This document shows positions 48,182 through 57,923 of a DNA stretch of 64,000 nt, in pieces. The position numbers were made by a program, and so were the translations under genes. The number at the start of each line of letters is the position of its first letter. The first letter of the stretch is position 1. The stretch comes from an uncultured Subdoligranulum sp. (lineage in GTDB: Bacteria > Bacillota > Clostridia > Christensenellales > CAG-314), in the NCBI GenBank assembly GCA_902496185.1, contig CABUZX010000004.1:6878-70877 (forward strand). Direction: 5' to 3'. Under the pieces are notes generated by a model. That model searched no databases, had not been told where the DNA came from, and was given only the letters and a program-made list of their open reading frames with translations.

Positions 48182-49165
48182 TCAACCGCCGATATTGCTT
48201 GACAAATTTGTAAGCCACATTACCACGCAAGCCAATACGCCGGCAAAAAGAATCATCAAATCGGAAGTATTTTTGCCTTTTGTTTCCGTCTTTATTTGTT
48301 CGGCGTCAAGTACTTTTGAGTTTGTCGACACTGCCTGCTCCGTCGGTTGTTTTTGGACGTCGTTGTTTTTTGTGAGTTTTAAAAATCCCCACAACGACAA
48401 ACCTGCAATCAAAAGCCCGACAATTAAAAACAAATACCAATACTCGTAAATAAGCTCGTTGGCGTTTTGCTCGCCCATAATCAACGCGAGCAAAATAACC
48501 GCTATATTGTTTACAAAATGCACCAACACCGTCGGATACAAACTGTCGGATTTAAGCGCTAACAGCGACAAAACGAAACCCATCACAAATTGATGCACCG
48601 TTTGCGCGGGGTTCATATGAAATATCATAAACAGCGCGCCACCAACAAGACAGGCAGGAATCAACCCGAGCGACTTTAGTCCTCCCGTTATTGCCCCACG
48701 AAAAAGTTGTTCTTCTGCAAAGGCGGGCAAAAGCCCCACCACCAAAACCAACAAAATTACCGTTGGCGCGTCGTTAGAAATAGGCACGTTGCTTTGCGGA
48801 AGGTAGCCAAAATACTCAAACGCCCGCAATATCCACATTTGGATAGGATTCATAAAGCAAAAAACGCCTACGCCCACCCCCAACGCGCACAACAACACCC
48901 ACGGATTGGACTTGTTTTTTAATGCAACGGCTTGAAAATAATCCACCTTTACAACGCGACAAAAAACCACTACCGCAACGATAAGTACCGCTTGCGAAAT
49001 AACGTTTGCCCACCAAAAGCCACCGTAAGAATACGTACCCGTTTCGTCATAAAAACCCAACAAGGGGTTAAGCAAAACAATCAATATAGACGCAACCAAC
49101 ATTGCGCCTATCGAAGTAGTAAAAAGCCTAAAAGCCTGTCCTTTTTGCAATTTGTCATTCAACAT
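48182..49165 (-). CDS. CPBP-family intramembrane glutamic endopeptidase
   Basis: EEQLFRG, FMIFH and HFVNN motifs in a polytopic protein. Confidence 0.85.
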   Translation of the reverse strand: MLNDKLQKGQAFRLFTTSIGAMLVASILIVLLNPLLGFYDETGTYSYGGFWWANVISQAVLIVAVVVFCRVVKVDYFQAVALKNKSNPWVLLCALGVGVGVFCFMNPIQMWILRAFEYFGYLPQSNVPISNDAPTVILLVLVVGLLPAFAEEQLFRGAITGGLKSLGLIPACLVGGALFMIFHMNPAQTVHQFVMGFVLSLLALKSDSLYPTVLVHFVNNIAVILLALIMGEQNANELIYEYWYLFLIVGLLIAGLSLWGFLKLTKNNDVQKQPTEQAVSTNSKVLDAEQIKTETKGKNTSDLMILFAGVLACVVMWLTNLSSNIGG

Positions 49166-49946
49166 TTACTTCCTTACCTCCGACAAACTGTCTAGCAATA
49201 AACAAATTGATGTCTCTACCTTCCGTCGCGCCCCTGCTTTTTAGTCTCGAAAGAGACTCGCCAAAGGCTATTTCTTCCGTATTGTTGTCCAAACTCAAAT
49301 GTCCCAAAAACACGTTTTTTACGTTTAAATCGGGGAGTTTTGCCACCAACTCTCCCGCCCGCGCGTTGGACAAATGCCCTTTGTTGCCCAAGATACGCTT
49401 TTTTAACAAATAGGGGTAATTGCCCTCCGAAACCATTTTTACGTCGTGATTGCTTTCTATCAACACGGTATGGCAACCGTCAAAAAAACAAAGCAGTTTT
49501 TCTTCATCTACCTCGCCCGTATCCGTCACTATTGCAACGGAGCGCCCTTTGGTATCGGTCAGCTTGTATCCGCAACAAAAAACGGAGTCGTGACTGCAAG
49601 GAAAAAAATCTACGCTAAAGTCGTCAATACAAAAGGAGCGGTCAAAGCCAATCAGTTTGTTTTGCGTGGATAGTTTTTCCGCCACTGCAGATACGCACAA
49701 TTCGTGCGCGTATACCTTTATTTTTGGGTTTGAGGACAACAAAACCTCCATACCGCCGATATGGTCGGAGTGCTCGTGCGTAACCAAAACGGCGTCCACG
49801 TCAAAGGGCGAAATACCGCAACTTTTTAGGGCAGGAAAAATTCTGCTCGCTCCACCGCCACAGTCTACTAAAACAGTGGTTTTGGGAGTTTTTATTACGG
49901 TGAGGTTGCCCCTACTACCGCTATATTTGTTGCAGAATTTCATCAC
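49155..49946 (-). CDS. MBL-fold metallo-hydrolase (YycJ-like)
   Basis: HEHSDHIGG motif. Confidence 0.85.
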   Translation of the reverse strand: MMKFCNKYSGSRGNLTVIKTPKTTVLVDCGGGASRIFPALKSCGISPFDVDAVLVTHEHSDHIGGMEVLLSSNPKIKVYAHELCVSAVAEKLSTQNKLIGFDRSFCIDDFSVDFFPCSHDSVFCCGYKLTDTKGRSVAIVTDTGEVDEEKLLCFFDGCHTVLIESNHDVKMVSEGNYPYLLKKRILGNKGHLSNARAGELVAKLPDLNVKNVFLGHLSLDNNTEEIAFGESLSRLKSRGATEGRDINLFIARQFVGGKEVNVE

Positions 49947-49978
49947 TTTTTTATCTCCGAGAGCTTTAGTCGTACTTG

Positions 49979-51076
49979 TTACACGTTGAAACGGAACAAT
50001 ACCACGTCGCCGTCTTTAACGACGTATTCCTTACCTTCGCTACGGACTTTGCCCTTTTCCTTTGCGTTGTTGTAGTTTCCACACTCCAACAGCACTTCGT
50101 ACGGAACAATCTCCGCGCGGATAAAGCCCTTTTCAAAGTCGCTGTGAATTTTGCCCGCCGCTTGAGGGGCTTTTGTCCCTTCCTTAATTGTCCAAGCGCG
50201 CGTTTCCTTTTCGCCGGCAGTAAGATAGCTAATAAGCCCCAAAAGCTTGTAACACTTTTTAATCAGTCTATTTAGACCGCTTTGCTCAATGCCGTATTCT
50301 TGCAAAAACATTTCCTGCTCGTCTTTAGAAAGCGCCGACAGCTCTTCCTCCACCTTTGCGCAAATAACCAACGTTTCGCTACCCTCTTTTTGGGCAATTT
50401 GCTCTACCTCCAAAACGTAAGGCAGTTGGTCTACGGATTTGCCAAGGTCCTTTTCCGCAATATTTCCCGCATAAATTACAGGTTTGGTAGTGAGCAAAAA
50501 CAATCCGTCGATTGCTTCCCTTTGAGATTCGTCCGCAACGGCAAAACTCCTTGCGGGATTACCTTGCTCCAAGTGACTCAATAGCTCTGAAAAAAGTTGC
50601 GCGTCGGCAAGATATTTTTTGTCGCCCTTGCCTGCCGTCTTTGCTCGGTCAATTGCCTTGGATACCGTTTCTATATCGGCAAGAACGAGTTCGAGATTAA
50701 TAATTTCTACGTCTCTCGACGGATTTACGCTGTCTTCAACGTGAGTAACGTTGCTGTCGTCAAAACAACGTACGACATGAACGATAGCGTCCACCTCTCT
50801 AATGTGACTCAAAAATTTATTTCCCAGCCCTTCGCCCTTGCTTGCGCCCTTGACAAGCCCTGCTATGTCTACAAATTCAACAAACGCGGGAGTGATTTTT
50901 TTGCTGTCGTACAAACTGGCAAGCTTGTCTAATCTTTCGTCCGGTACGGCAACGACGCCCACGTTTGGCTCAATCGTGCAAAAGGGATAATTTGCAATCT
51001 GCGCGCCCGAATGAGTAATGGCGTTAAACAACGTACTTTTGCCTACGTTTGGCAAACCAACGACTCCTAATTTCAT
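49979..51076 (-). CDS. ychF: Redox-regulated ATPase YchF
   Basis: GLPNVGKSTLFNA and the C-terminal TGS-like domain (GFIRAEV-type motif, GFIRAEI). Confidence 0.95.
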   Translation of the reverse strand: MKLGVVGLPNVGKSTLFNAITHSGAQIANYPFCTIEPNVGVVAVPDERLDKLASLYDSKKITPAFVEFVDIAGLVKGASKGEGLGNKFLSHIREVDAIVHVVRCFDDSNVTHVEDSVNPSRDVEIINLELVLADIETVSKAIDRAKTAGKGDKKYLADAQLFSELLSHLEQGNPARSFAVADESQREAIDGLFLLTTKPVIYAGNIAEKDLGKSVDQLPYVLEVEQIAQKEGSETLVICAKVEEELSALSKDEQEMFLQEYGIEQSGLNRLIKKCYKLLGLISYLTAGEKETRAWTIKEGTKAPQAAGKIHSDFEKGFIRAEIVPYEVLLECGNYNNAKEKGKVRSEGKEYVVKDGDVVLFRFNV

Positions 51077-51224
51077 AGTATAAAAAAATCTCCATATAAT
51101 AAAATCGTAAAGTATACGCCAAAAAAGAAAAAAACAAGCCCTTTTTGCGTCTTTTTTTCAAATTTGCCGTATAAAATATTATACATTACCTTTTCGGTTT
51201 TGTAAACTAAGGAGCGTAATAATT

Positions 51225-51983
51225 TTGACTGTTGTAGAAGGAATATTGCTTGGAATTTTGCAAGGTGCGACGGAATTTTTGCCAATCAGTAGTAGCGGAC
51301 ATTTAATGCTTGCGGAAAAACTTTTGGGTTGCCACGAAAATTTGTTTTTTAACGTTATGTTGCACGTCGGCACGCTTTTTGCCGTAATAACCGTTATGTG
51401 GAAATCCGTTTTTAAGATGATTTTTCGCCCATTTAGCGATATGCGCTTGGGTTTGGTAGCGCTTGCAAGTTTGCCTACTTTAGTCATTGCGGGATTGGTT
51501 GAGTTTTTCCTTCCACAATACTTTTTTAATTATTTTTTGCCTTTCGGTTTTTTGATAACAATGGCGTTGCTTTTGGCAACGCCCAACAAGCAATACAACC
51601 GACCGCTGTACGAAAAACCCTTTTTGCCGATATTTTTAACAGGCGTAGCGCAAGGCTTTGCGGTGCTACCCGGTATATCCCGAAGCGGAGCAACGTTAAG
51701 TATGCTCAATTTTTTCGGAATAAAAAAAGAGCAAAGCGCAGAATTTGTATTTTTGCTGTCTTTGCCCGTAATTTTGGGTGGAGCGTTGGTCGAAGGCTAC
51801 AAAGCCTTTAAAGAGCCCGTCGTCACCGTTGAAATTTTGCCACTCGTATTGGGAGTAGTCTTTGCATACGTCGTTGGAGTAATCTGTTTGAAATTTTTAA
51901 TCGGTTTAATCAAAAACAAAAGCCTAAAACCCTTTGCTTTTTATCTTTTGTTGCCCTTTTTGCTTTCGCTCGTTTTGCTTTAG
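51225..51983 (+). CDS. uppP: Undecaprenyl-diphosphate phosphatase
   Basis: GILQGATEFLPISSSGH and PGISRSGAT motifs. TTG start behind an AAGGAG RBS. Confidence 0.93.
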   Translation: MTVVEGILLGILQGATEFLPISSSGHLMLAEKLLGCHENLFFNVMLHVGTLFAVITVMWKSVFKMIFRPFSDMRLGLVALASLPTLVIAGLVEFFLPQYFFNYFLPFGFLITMALLLATPNKQYNRPLYEKPFLPIFLTGVAQGFAVLPGISRSGATLSMLNFFGIKKEQSAEFVFLLSLPVILGGALVEGYKAFKEPVVTVEILPLVLGVVFAYVVGVICLKFLIGLIKNKSLKPFAFYLLLPFLLSLVLL

Positions 51984-51984
51984 T

Positions 51985-54264
51985 TTAAAAAACCTTTGCA
52001 ACGATTACCGTCGTATCGTCCTTTGCCGTGCCGTTAGTTTTGCCAAGAGCTTGTTCTAAAAGATTGTGAGCTATTACTTCGGGATTTGTCAACTTGCAAT
52101 CTCTTAAAAGCATTGCCGGCAAATTTTTGTCGTCAAAAGAGTCCCAAAAACCGTCGCTTGCAAGCAAGACGAAATCACCTTCGCGCAAAACCTTTTTGGT
52201 GATGGTCGGCTGAATTTCCTCCACTATACCAACCGGTAGGCTTGCCCCCTCGATAAAGGTAACGGATTCTCCCGTTTTGACTAATCCGCTAGGCGCGCCC
52301 AACTTAATAAAATCGGCAAGTCCGTTTTTGAGATCCACCACACATATATCCACCGCCGTAAAAACTTCGCTATTGACGGCAGTAAGCAATTTATTTATGC
52401 AGTTAAAAATCAAATCGTTGTCAAACCCCGCCCTATAAAAGTTTTCTATCAATCCAATAGCGGTAGAAGAAGCTTGTTCTGCGCGTTCGCCACTGCCCAT
52501 TCCGTCGCAAAGCGCAATTAGATACTTGCCCATAGGCAACTTTAAAAAACTATACGTGTCTCCGCTGATTTCACTACCCGTTTTTGCAACCTTTGCAATA
52601 CCTACCGACATATCAAAACGGTATTCTTGCGAAAAATAAAGCATACACCAATCGTCTTGAGAAAGAGACTCTTTTGCGCAACAAAACAGCGGGGTGGCGC
52701 AAACCTTACTTATTACGTCGGCTATTTGCGGTTTGTCGGCGTCTCTTTTGTCTACCACAACGGCAACGGAAAAACTGTCGTTTTCGCAAAAAATCACCGC
52801 TTCCTTTACCAAAATGTTGTAAAAAGTCAATTGTTCCAAAAGTATTTTTTCCTTTTCGGTATCAAAGCCGACGGTACTTCTGCTATCCTTTGACAACGCC
52901 AACATTACCTTGCCTATTCCGTCGGAGACTGACGCCAACAACGCCCTACTGTTGTCGTAACTGCTATTTACTAAATAATACTGTTTGTAGTTTGAAACTT
53001 CGGTATTTGCCGACGACAAAACACTGCTCGTTCGCATACATTTTGAGGTCAGTTCTTGAGGCAAGTCCAAAAGCGAAATGCGCCCCCTGTCTATACCGCA
53101 GTTTACCAGCGTTTCAAAACAAGTTTGCGTTGCCTTGGCGTTTTCGCGCCAGCATTTTGCGCGTCCCGGACAATCCTTGCATGCGTTGTTTATTATTTCG
53201 TTGGAAATAGCAAAAACCGCGTCGTTTGGTTCTAACACCCCGCGCGTCAGACTCTTGAAAGAGCGTTCCATAGAAAAAAACACTTCCGAAAGGTCGTACA
53301 ACCTGCGTGAAAAATTTACTCTCATGCGGTTGACTATTTGGCGCGGAGAATAAAGGTTGGTATCAAACCCCAAAAAGTTTTTAACTCGTTCCAACGCCCT
53401 TTTGGGCAAAAGACAAAAACACGCGCAACCAACAAACACCGCAATTAACACCGCCGTAGTGGCGTTTTGGTATAGCTCAAAAAAGTAAGCTATTGCAACT
53501 TGCGTCAACAGCAACGCCGATACCGACAAAAAACGGCTTACTCCAACGAAGGCAACGGCAACCGCCGTCCACAGTACAAAAACCATAGGAGTAACCAACA
53601 AACCGCTTGCAAGCATTTCGCCAAAACCCAGACAAGTTGCCGTCAAAAACGCGCCACCTGCCCCAAAACAGTACAAGGTAAGCGGAATTAAAAATCCCGC
53701 AACGGGCAAAAGCAAGTTTACGCCGTAAACTTCTATCAGCGCCAAACCGCGAAACAATGCGGTACACACCAAAAAAATACAAACGTTTTCGTCTGCCCCC
53801 GACTTGTATTTAAGACCTCTTACAAAAACTGCGCGAAAAGAAAAAATACACAAATATGCAAAGGCAATACCCACCAAAAAACACACCGCGTATTTGAGCG
53901 TGTTTGTTTTGTCAAAGTGATACGCAAAATACAAGACGTTTGCCAAAACCATATACAACAACAGCCACCATTTGCCTATTTTTTTTGCGCTGTACGAATA
54001 AAAAAACGTCGTAATAACCAATACCAAAGCTTGCGAAAAAGCAATTAGTCCACCCCACAAGCCGTCCATAAACCCGCTTGCCACAAACAGCAACGACGGG
54101 ATAATTCTACGGTGGCAATACAAACACCCCACAAACAAGCCGAAAGCAAGATTGCCTAACAAGTTTTCCCCTTGTCGCAAAAGCAAAAAAGCCACGCCAA
54201 TTGCAAAAAATATCAAAATTTCGCGTCCTACGTCTTTTTTTGTCGGTTTTATCGAGTTTTCCAT
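51985..54264 (-). CDS. spoIIE: Stage II sporulation protein E (PP2C phosphatase)
   Basis: A polytopic N-terminal region of roughly 300 aa, then a central regulatory region and a C-terminal PP2C domain (CDGMGSGERA, LASDGFWD). Confidence 0.9.
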   Translation of the reverse strand: MENSIKPTKKDVGREILIFFAIGVAFLLLRQGENLLGNLAFGLFVGCLYCHRRIIPSLLFVASGFMDGLWGGLIAFSQALVLVITTFFYSYSAKKIGKWWLLLYMVLANVLYFAYHFDKTNTLKYAVCFLVGIAFAYLCIFSFRAVFVRGLKYKSGADENVCIFLVCTALFRGLALIEVYGVNLLLPVAGFLIPLTLYCFGAGGAFLTATCLGFGEMLASGLLVTPMVFVLWTAVAVAFVGVSRFLSVSALLLTQVAIAYFFELYQNATTAVLIAVFVGCACFCLLPKRALERVKNFLGFDTNLYSPRQIVNRMRVNFSRRLYDLSEVFFSMERSFKSLTRGVLEPNDAVFAISNEIINNACKDCPGRAKCWRENAKATQTCFETLVNCGIDRGRISLLDLPQELTSKCMRTSSVLSSANTEVSNYKQYYLVNSSYDNSRALLASVSDGIGKVMLALSKDSRSTVGFDTEKEKILLEQLTFYNILVKEAVIFCENDSFSVAVVVDKRDADKPQIADVISKVCATPLFCCAKESLSQDDWCMLYFSQEYRFDMSVGIAKVAKTGSEISGDTYSFLKLPMGKYLIALCDGMGSGERAEQASSTAIGLIENFYRAGFDNDLIFNCINKLLTAVNSEVFTAVDICVVDLKNGLADFIKLGAPSGLVKTGESVTFIEGASLPVGIVEEIQPTITKKVLREGDFVLLASDGFWDSFDDKNLPAMLLRDCKLTNPEVIAHNLLEQALGKTNGTAKDDTTVIVAKVF

Positions 54265-54308
54265 TTGTCGCCCCCCCTAAAACATCTATCTTGTTTTTAT
54301 TTTTTTGT

Positions 54309-55004
54309 TTAAAACATTTTGCCTATTTCCTTTTTAAGCCTTGAGATTATTTTTTTTTCCAATCGGGAAATATACGATTGCGAAATTCCCAAAAGGTCGG
54401 CTACTTCCTTTTGAGTACGCTCTTGCCCGCCGTCCAAGCCAAAACGTAAATCTACGATTTTTCTTTCACGAGCGGTAAGTTTTTTTAAGCCCTCGCCAAG
54501 CAGTTGTTTTTCTACCGTTGTTTCAAGATTTTTAAAGATTAAATCATTGTCCGTGCCCAAAACGTCCCCCAACAATAATTCGTTGCCTTCGCCGTCAACG
54601 TTTAACGGCTCGTCTAACGAAACCTCCGTCTTTGTGCGTATGGTTTTGCGTAAATACATAAGAATTTCGTTTTCGATACAACGGCTTGCAAAAGTGGCAA
54701 GCTTTATCTTTTTTTCTGGATCAAAACCGTTTACGGCTTTGATTAAACCGATAGTGCCGATACTGATTAGATCCTCGGTATCAACGCCGGTGTTTTCAAA
54801 CTTTTTTGCAATGTATATTACCAACCGCAAATTGTGCTCAATGAGTATTTCTCTACTTTTGGCGTCTCCGTTTTTTGCTAAAACGGCGTATTGTTGCTCC
54901 TCTTCTGGCGTCAAGGGCGTAGGTAATGCTTCCGCGCCACAGATGTACGCCACCAATTTTTTGCCAAACAACAATCTAACCGCTTTTTTCAACAACGCTA
55001 TCAT
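54309..55004 (-). CDS. sigE: Sporulation sigma factor SigE (pro-sigma-E)
   Basis: A pro-sequence, then [17 protein letters not shown] and [32 protein letters not shown]. This closely matches the SigE signature and not SigK or SigG. It lies directly downstream of spoIIGA. Confidence 0.9.
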   Translation of the reverse strand: MIALLKKAVRLLFGKKLVAYICGAEALPTPLTPEEEQQYAVLAKNGDAKSREILIEHNLRLVIYIAKKFENTGVDTEDLISIGTIGLIKAVNGFDPEKKIKLATFASRCIENEILMYLRKTIRTKTEVSLDEPLNVDGEGNELLLGDVLGTDNDLIFKNLETTVEKQLLGEGLKKLTARERKIVDLRFGLDGGQERTQKEVADLLGISQSYISRLEKKIISRLKKEIGKMF

Positions 55005-55822
55005 ACTATTCCCTCCGTCAAAAACAAATTAACCAACACGTCAAAACCGTTTCCACAGGCGTTGCCAAACGCCAAAAGACTTTCTTTGGGCTCTCCGTCA
55101 ATACAAAACCTATCGGCCTCAAAGACCACCGTTTGCGCCTTGCCGTCAACCGTCACAAAATCAACGTAGTGCATATTTTTAGGCGGACGTCCAACGCAAA
55201 CTGCTTGCGCCAACAACTCTTTGAGAATTTTTGTTTCGGGACAAATACACAAAAAACAAACGGGCTTTCCTCCGTCAACGAGACTGTTTCCCGAGTCGAA
55301 AATACCTTGTAGCTCCAAAGTTTTTCCAAACAAAGTCAAGGAAACCCTGCACCCGAATTTTTTGAGTTTTTTTTGCTTGTTTATTTCTAAAACAAATCCT
55401 TTTAAAAACCCCAAAAAAAACAAAACCCCAAGGCAAATTAATCCAAACGGAACTTGCGAAACGTAAGATAATGTGGCTCCCGCCAAAAAGTCAATCTTAA
55501 ACAAATAAAAAACACCTATCAACGTACCGCCGGCAACAAACGTCAAAAACAAAAACACCGCCGACGACGCAATCCACTTTTTTACGTTTTTTGTAGCAAA
55601 AGCAACACAGCAAATGGAAACGAACAAAATTAATTTTGCAACAATCCCCCATAACGCGCCGTTTAAAAGCGAAACCCCTACCGCGCCTATGCTACCTACG
55701 CACGCGCCCAACCATATTCTAAAGGTTTTAACTTTGATTTTTGTCAACTTTGCCGTCACAAAAAGCAACAACCAGTCAAAAAAAAGGTTGTCCGCCAAGA
55801 CGTACTCAAGATAGACTTTCAT
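55001..55822 (-). CDS. spoIIGA: Sigma-E processing peptidase SpoIIGA
   Basis: Five N-terminal TM segments and the aspartic protease motif [10 protein letters not shown] chose the start at ATG 55822 (MKVYLEYV). Confidence 0.88.
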   Translation of the reverse strand: MKVYLEYVLADNLFFDWLLLFVTAKLTKIKVKTFRIWLGACVGSIGAVGVSLLNGALWGIVAKLILFVSICCVAFATKNVKKWIASSAVFLFLTFVAGGTLIGVFYLFKIDFLAGATLSYVSQVPFGLICLGVLFFLGFLKGFVLEINKQKKLKKFGCRVSLTLFGKTLELQGIFDSGNSLVDGGKPVCFLCICPETKILKELLAQAVCVGRPPKNMHYVDFVTVDGKAQTVVFEADRFCIDGEPKESLLAFGNACGNGFDVLVNLFLTEGIV

Positions 55823-55954
55823 ACAAAAAGCATAAAGCATTATTAAGACTACAACAAAGATACTTTTGTCGATATTTGAAAAATTTAATCAAAACGATTT
55901 ACAAATCAAAAATTACAAGTTAAACTAAACGTACTTAAACTTACGGAGTTTACA

Positions 55955-56542
55955 ATGGATCAAAAAACAAAAAATTTTTTTAACGCTGTGAGCGAAATAG
56001 CTCTTTTTAATATGGAAGCGCACCCGCAAATGCTTACGGGCGCATTGCAACAAGCAATTAACTACGACTTTGACATTGCCGTCAGTTTGTGGGAGTTTTA
56101 TCTCGAAAAGTACGAAACGGTTTTTTTAAAGGTCAAAAAAACAAACCAATGCTTGTCTATTGATGCGTTGGAAGTTTTTTTGCAAAAGTCTGAACAAAAA
56201 ACCACCAAGGCTATTTGTTCAAGCGCGATTTTAAAAAAATATCTGCTTGGCGAAAGTGACGTTGCTTTTAGTCCTTATGTAATCAACTACGTCGTTTCCG
56301 CCGTTATTGCAGGCAAAATGGAGACGGCGGACGTGTTTGTTAAATCTTTACTCAAGCACGAAAAATTTGGCAAAATTTGGATGGAAATTTTGTCCCAAAC
56401 AAGAGAAAAACTGCTTGCAAAACATCACGGCGCGACTTTAAAACTGCCACCCAAAACGACTAATTACTTTAACTCTTACGCCCAAAAAATCAAATCGTCG
56501 GAAAAAGCCGTCTTGCTCCAACGCATTAAGGAACTTTCTTAA
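55955..56542 (+). CDS. Hypothetical all-helical protein
   Basis: 195 aa with no motif I recognise. The phosphatase gene follows 15 nt downstream. Confidence 0.5.
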   Translation: MDQKTKNFFNAVSEIALFNMEAHPQMLTGALQQAINYDFDIAVSLWEFYLEKYETVFLKVKKTNQCLSIDALEVFLQKSEQKTTKAICSSAILKKYLLGESDVAFSPYVINYVVSAVIAGKMETADVFVKSLLKHEKFGKIWMEILSQTREKLLAKHHGATLKLPPKTTNYFNSYAQKIKSSEKAVLLQRIKELS

Positions 56543-56557
56543 GCACAAACAAAAATT

Positions 56558-57259
56558 ATGATATACGTTACTTCTGACCTTCACGGATATTCCTTGCAAA
56601 AGTTTAAAAGCCTGCTTGACAAAGCAGGCTTTTGTGACGACGACTTTTTGTACGTTTTGGGTGACGTAATAGATCGTGGCGAAAACTCCGTAGAGCTACT
56701 TACGTGGCTAATGAATTGCCCCAACGCTCAACTCATTTTGGGCAACCACGAAAAAATGTTACTTGACTGCGCGTTTTTGTTTGAAGAAGTCACCAATGAC
56801 TCACTCGACTCTCTTTCAATGGACAAGTTGCTAAACTATCAAAGATGGCTTTCAAACGGCGCAAAACCCACTCTCGACGCCTTTAAAAAATTGTACCGAA
56901 TTACTCTACGCGATATTTTAGACTATATTTTAGACGCGCCTCTTTACGCTTGCGTTTCCGTAAACGACAAAAACTTTTTGCTCGTCCATAGTGGATTAAA
57001 CGGATTTCGCTCGGACAAAAAAATATCGCAATATACCGAACACGACTTGTTGTGGACGAGACCGGATTTAAACACCGCCTACTCAGACAAATTTGTCACC
57101 GTGTTTGGTCATACCCCAACTTGTTTGTTTGGATCTCAATACAAGGGCAAAATGCTAAAAACGGATACTTGGATAGACGTAGATACCGGCTCGGCGTGCG
57201 GATTTGCGCCAATGCTCTTGCGCCTTGACGATATGAAAGAATTTTACATAGACGACTGA
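56558..57259 (+). CDS. Metallophosphoesterase (PPP-family Ser/Thr phosphatase-like)
   Basis: SDLHG, GDVIDRG and GNHE motifs. Confidence 0.85.
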   Translation: MIYVTSDLHGYSLQKFKSLLDKAGFCDDDFLYVLGDVIDRGENSVELLTWLMNCPNAQLILGNHEKMLLDCAFLFEEVTNDSLDSLSMDKLLNYQRWLSNGAKPTLDAFKKLYRITLRDILDYILDAPLYACVSVNDKNFLLVHSGLNGFRSDKKISQYTEHDLLWTRPDLNTAYSDKFVTVFGHTPTCLFGSQYKGKMLKTDTWIDVDTGSACGFAPMLLRLDDMKEFYIDD

Positions 57260-57334
57260 CGAAAAAAACTTTACCTTAAATTTTATGATTTTTGACAAAA
57301 AAACAGTCAAAATTCTCAAAAAACAAACAAAATA

Positions 57335-57377
57335 AAAAGAATAACGCCCCACCAAAAAATCCGTTATTCTTTTTTTA
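57335..57377 (+). terminator. Rho-independent terminator after the phosphatase gene
   Basis: AAGAATAACG-loop-CGTTATTCTT followed by TTTTT. Confidence 0.65.
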
Positions 57378-57428
57378 GTTTGTATTTAATTAGTTTTGCG
57401 ACAATCGAAGTTTATGTTTTTATCGTAC

Positions 57429-57477
57429 TGCACAAATTTGTGCAAGTCAAGCATTTTGCACAAATTTGTACTATAAT
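57429..57477 (+). promoter_or_regulatory. Twin palindromic operators overlapping the promoter of the small XRE gene
   Basis: TGCACAAATTTGTGCA (57429-57444, a perfect 16-bp palindrome) and TGCACAAATTTGTAC (57457-57471) abut TATAAT (57472-57477). Confidence 0.55.
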
Positions 57478-57483
57478 ACAAGT

Positions 57484-57702
57484 ATGGAAAAAAATTTAAC
57501 TTTAAATTATGGTGAAGCTCTCAAAGAGCAAAGAGAAAAATTGGGTTTAAGTCAGTCAATGGTGGCAAACAAAATAAATACTTCTCATCAAAACATAAGC
57601 AGATGGGAGAGTGGAAAGATTTTGCCAAATATTGATTTTTGCGTTAAACTTGCAGATTTATATGGTGTTTCTTTAGATGAATTGATTGGGCGCGACAAAT
57701 AA
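57484..57702 (+). CDS. Small XRE-family HTH repressor (72 aa)
   Basis: LGLSQSMVANKINTSHQNISRWESGK is the HTH. The ATG sits 7 nt after the -10 box with no Shine-Dalgarno, so the transcript is probably leaderless. The track start at 57466 is a TTG inside the operator. Confidence 0.8.
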   Translation: MEKNLTLNYGEALKEQREKLGLSQSMVANKINTSHQNISRWESGKILPNIDFCVKLADLYGVSLDELIGRDK

Positions 57703-57755
57703 AAAGTTATCTAATGCGAGAAATAGCCAAATAATTTAATCGACGTAAAAAATTT

Positions 57756-57801
57756 AGCACACTGCACTTTTGCGCAAAGCGAAAGTATAGTGTGCTTTTT
57801 G
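57756..57801 (+). terminator. Rho-independent terminator after the XRE gene
   Basis: AGCACACT...AGTGTGCT outer stem with an inner CTTTGCGCAAAG palindrome, followed by TTTTTG. Confidence 0.6.
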
Positions 57802-57923
57802 TTTGCCACAAAATATTAAAAAAATTAGCGTAACCGTGCATAGTGTCAAATACCCGTCATCACCTCGCTAACGTTGTGTTTTTGGCGGTACGTTTAGTTT
57901 TTGTTGAGTTTTTTGGTTAAAAC

